Virus record (IMG/VR): IMGVR_UViG_3300028805_000044
Strand: one strand, 5' to 3'
DNA: 64,000 nucleotides
DNA from: a virus
Lineage: Duplodnaviria > Heunggongvirae > Uroviricota > Caudoviricetes
The position numbers and the translations under genes are program-made. The notes beneath the pieces are model-generated. The model had not been told where the DNA came from and did no database searches. It worked only from the letters and a program-made list of their open reading frames with translations. Within the stretch, counting starts at the first letter, position 1; each line of letters opens with the position of its first letter. This document shows positions 60,790-64,000 of this stretch, piece by piece.

Positions 60790-63700
60790 TTATTTAGTTT
60801 CTAGGATTCGTATTCGTTCTTCTAATTCTCTTACTTTATTTTCTAATTGTCCTACGTAGAATGATAGTATTGAAGGATAATTAACTGTCATATTACCTTC
60901 TTCTCCATCTCTAAACATTTCTGGAACTTCTTGAGCAATTACTCCGTAATGCCATTTTTCAGTATCCCTTAATTGGAATTTACGGATATGCTCGGAGAAT
61001 GAAGAGATATTTTGTTTTTTAGCACGGTCTGAGGTTGTATAGAAATTAGCAGCATAGATATTATCATAATAAGGATTACAATAAATTCCACTAGTTCCAT
61101 ATATATGAGTACCGCTACCCCAAAGCATTTGATATGTTGAGTTACTATCATTATTATAATTTATTGTAACAGAACCTGCACTATCAGCATAACCTGCCTT
61201 TATTTTCTCCCAGTCAGTTGACATCCAACTACCTCCCCTATACCTAAGTATTCTAAGATATGTATCATCGTAATTGAGTTGCAACATATGTCCATATGCT
61301 CCAGCAGATTTACCTGCAATTATGGTTTTCTCTGATCCTGGGTTATTATATACTATTGCTCCAGAAGCAGAAGGCATAGTATCTGTAAACCAAGATTTAG
61401 CAGAATCTGCAGGAGCGTCATCTGTCATAGGAGATAGATAGAATCTTACAAGATCTGAAGCATGTAAACTATCTACCATATCTGAATTAGAAACGGTCTA
61501 GCTGCTTATATTAGAAGAGGTAATAAAGGTTCCCCAGCCTGTACTACTTCCACCTACAATTCTTCTAAAACGAAAATCATCAGAATTAAAACAAAAAGCT
61601 AAATCAACGTAGTAACCAGTACTATTTCCATGATTTAGTATAAGGTGTGAATACCAATCATCAGCAGGATTTTGAAAAACAGTTGGGTCAGTACCTACAT
61701 GGCCAGTATCTTGTGCAAATTGCAATCCTGTTATTCCATATTGTATCGTGTTGTAGCTATTAAGATATCTTACTGCTTGGGAAGCAATATTATATGCTGT
61801 TATAACCTCATACGCAGAACCATAGGATGTACCAGTATTTTGTTGTGAAGAAATGGCAAATCTTGGTTGACCATCACGCATAAAATGGAGCGCACACATA
61901 TAAGGAACATCTCCACCATTGTATCCATTAATCCAAAGAGTATCATGCCAAGTAGTTCCCATACCAATATCAGCATATCTTGTCATAGCAACTCTAAGTC
62001 CAATATTAGAGTTAAAATATGTTTGAGGATTTGGTTGGTCATCTCCTATATACAATGTTGGTAAATAATTTGCAGCGTTTACACTCATAGAACCTATATG
62101 TGCAACTCCTCCATCTGATGTTAAAGCATAAGCGGAAGAATTGGTTGGTGTTTGATAACCACCTGCATATAGTAATGTATTCCAGCCGTTTCTTCCATTT
62201 CCAAAATAATAAGCAGTTATATTTGCAGCACCTTCTCTGTTCTCATCTTGATAATTGAACCATACTGCACCACTAAACCCTGCAGATATGAAATTAAATT
62301 CGTTACCTGCAGTTAGTAGATTATTAGCTGTTCCTCGATGCGCAAACTGATAAGCATGTTCTCCGTCAACCATATCAGCATTTCCGGCAGAATCTGCATA
62401 TCCTGCATAAATTTTTTCCCAATCGGAAGACTACCATGTTTCACTTGCTTTACGTAAAATTCTTAAATATCTGTCAGAATATCCCATTTTAATAATTGTA
62501 CCATAACTATTATTAGTGTTCATTCCAATTAAATAAGAATACTCATCTCCATAAGAATTACATACAAATGAACGAGGATGGGATTGAGCATAAGAAATAG
62601 CCCAATTAATTGGACTATCTCCATATGTTGAATCCTAAGGAGATGCCACTCCTTCTGACCATAAATATTTATCAGGTTGAACTCCTATTTCAGTAAGTGT
62701 CCATGAAACATTTGCAGTGCCGTCAAAATATTTTCCAGTATTTCCGATTGTGAAAAGTCTTGCAGTTTGTAACTTGGTTGCTGTTGCCGCATTACCAGAT
62801 ATGGATATGCCCCACGTTCCACTTGCACCAGTACCATCTCCCATAGGAATACGTTTCCAATCACTCCAACCACCACCATTGCGCTGCCTTAATCCCATTA
62901 TATAAGTTGGGTCATCGTCTATCAATATCTGGAAGCCAAAATTTGTATTATCCCATCCACCATCAATGATAATTCCATTTGAACTGAGTATTGATGTATC
63001 AAAATCCGTAAACAGGTATGCGTTTAGTTGATTTGCCCAATGTGCCGCATCGAGAGCATCTGATGACTTTACAACTGGCTTATAGTTAAGACCAGCAGCA
63101 CTTGCACAAGAACCACTACTTGTTATATATCCGCTGTCGTTGGTAAATGATGACACATTTGTAGGCCTACCACTGACGTTAGTCCAAGCTACAGAACCCG
63201 CAGAGCTTGCGTAGTTTACTGACTGAGAAGCGATATTTCCACTTGTAATAACCCGACTACCATTTTCATAGAGTGTTGTGGCATTGGCAGAACCGTTGAC
63301 ATCAAGTTTGTAAGAAGGTGATGTCGTGCCAATACCGACATTGCCTGTTTTTATGAAGATGTTTCCATCTGCATCCCAGTCATAAGGATACTCGTATTCG
63401 CTACCGAGTCCTTGGTCACCCCATCTTGAGGTAAGCAGTTTTATAGACGTAATAGAGGTAGCACCTGTGGTGTCTTGCGGGTCTTTCGTTATTGTAAGAC
63501 GAAGATAATTTGCGTCTGTGGAAAGTTGACTTGGAATTGAAATCCATATTGGAGCAGCGTTGATTTCTGGACGGAAACTCGACGAGTGTAACACAGTCCA
63601 CGTACTTCCATCAGAAGATTTCTCTATGACGATTGTAATATGTGCCTGCGTTGCTTGGTAAGCAAGACCTAAAACCATCCATCTTGACATTGTATACCGA

Positions 63701-64000
63701 ATACCACTACTCCATACCCAGCGAGAACCTGTCACGCCTGTTGGATTTATAATACTTATTTTAACTGCTTCTTTCTGCGCAAAAACACGCTTGTCTAAAG
63801 TCGCAGCAGTCCAATTTACATTGTCGGTTGTTGTATAATATGCTGGGGTTGATGCTCTGCAAAAAGCAAAAACGTCATGCCACAAATACTTTGGTATTGG
63901 AGATTGAAAAAGAGAGGTTGGGTTTGCAGCAATAACGGTACTATTACTTACTGAATAAGTAATTCCGTTAGCATTCTCCAAAATGCCGCCAGACAATGGT
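60790..64000 (-). CDS. Tail fibre / receptor-binding protein with C-terminal S74 intramolecular chaperone, 5'-truncated (>1069 aa)
   Basis: Three fragments in one frame joined by three TAGs. Fibre motifs GNVGIGTTSPSYKLDVNG, WGISISGNAATATKLQTAR and YFDGTANVSW. C-terminal TSDRAKKQNI...GVIAQEV followed by a coiled coil. Confidence 0.85.

Noticed and set aside
8248-62879. Short minus-strand ORFs in alternative frames (for example 8248-8457, 16416-16607, 18662-18922, 26243-26425, 36084-36323, 38491-38691, 56746-56940, 62685-62879)
   Set aside because: They lie out of frame inside well-supported genes and show no independent signals.
123-62905. All plus-strand ORFs in the track (for example 3229-3534, 23694-24173, 27237-27626, 56462-56824)
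   Set aside because: They are short antisense shadows of long minus-strand genes, have atypical composition and no recognisable motifs, and there is no free space for them.
1-64000. Interpretation as a decayed prophage or pseudogene field
   Set aside because: The interruptions are exclusively TAG, with no frameshifts or internal TAA/TGA in the regions checked, and catalytic motifs are intact. This indicates recoding rather than decay.
1-64000. Suppressor tRNA, other RNA genes or a CRISPR array
   Set aside because: Intergenic gaps are at most about 115 bp and contain only hairpins or promoters; no cloverleaf or regularly spaced repeats were found.

Overview
The window is the virion-gene (late) half of a crAss-like phage (Crassvirales, Bacteroidota host; possibly Suoliviridae/delta group, tentative). 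Every supported gene is on the minus strand. The supplied ORF track is fragmented because this genome reads TAG as a sense codon, most likely Gln (code 15). The minus-strand fragments end in TAG and sit in one frame per gene. Read through, they join into about 30 tightly packed genes ending only in TAA or TGA, many overlapping the next start (ATGA, TAATG). Order in transcription direction (64 kb to 1): tail fibre with S74 chaperone; small tail-associated genes; a lamin-tail/metallophosphoesterase protein; an LRR protein; a 2566-aa protein with LamG, CotH-kinase-like and LRR regions; a 1500-aa tail protein; a GH108 endolysin; scaffold-like and major capsid genes; ring, auxiliary capsid and IHF-like genes; two muzzle/stabilisation-like genes; a DUF192 protein; internal cargo proteins; a 2991-aa cargo protein containing an SF1 helicase; and the truncated virion RNA polymerase-like gene. 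Merged coordinates were derived by hand. Ends and many gaps were checked codon by codon, but not every gap. No tRNA, CRISPR array, intron or integrase was seen. The most unusual candidates are the adjacent kinase/LRR/phosphoesterase structural genes, the helicase-bearing cargo protein, a shared xxGG motif in cargo proteins, and strongly non-random TAG use between genes.
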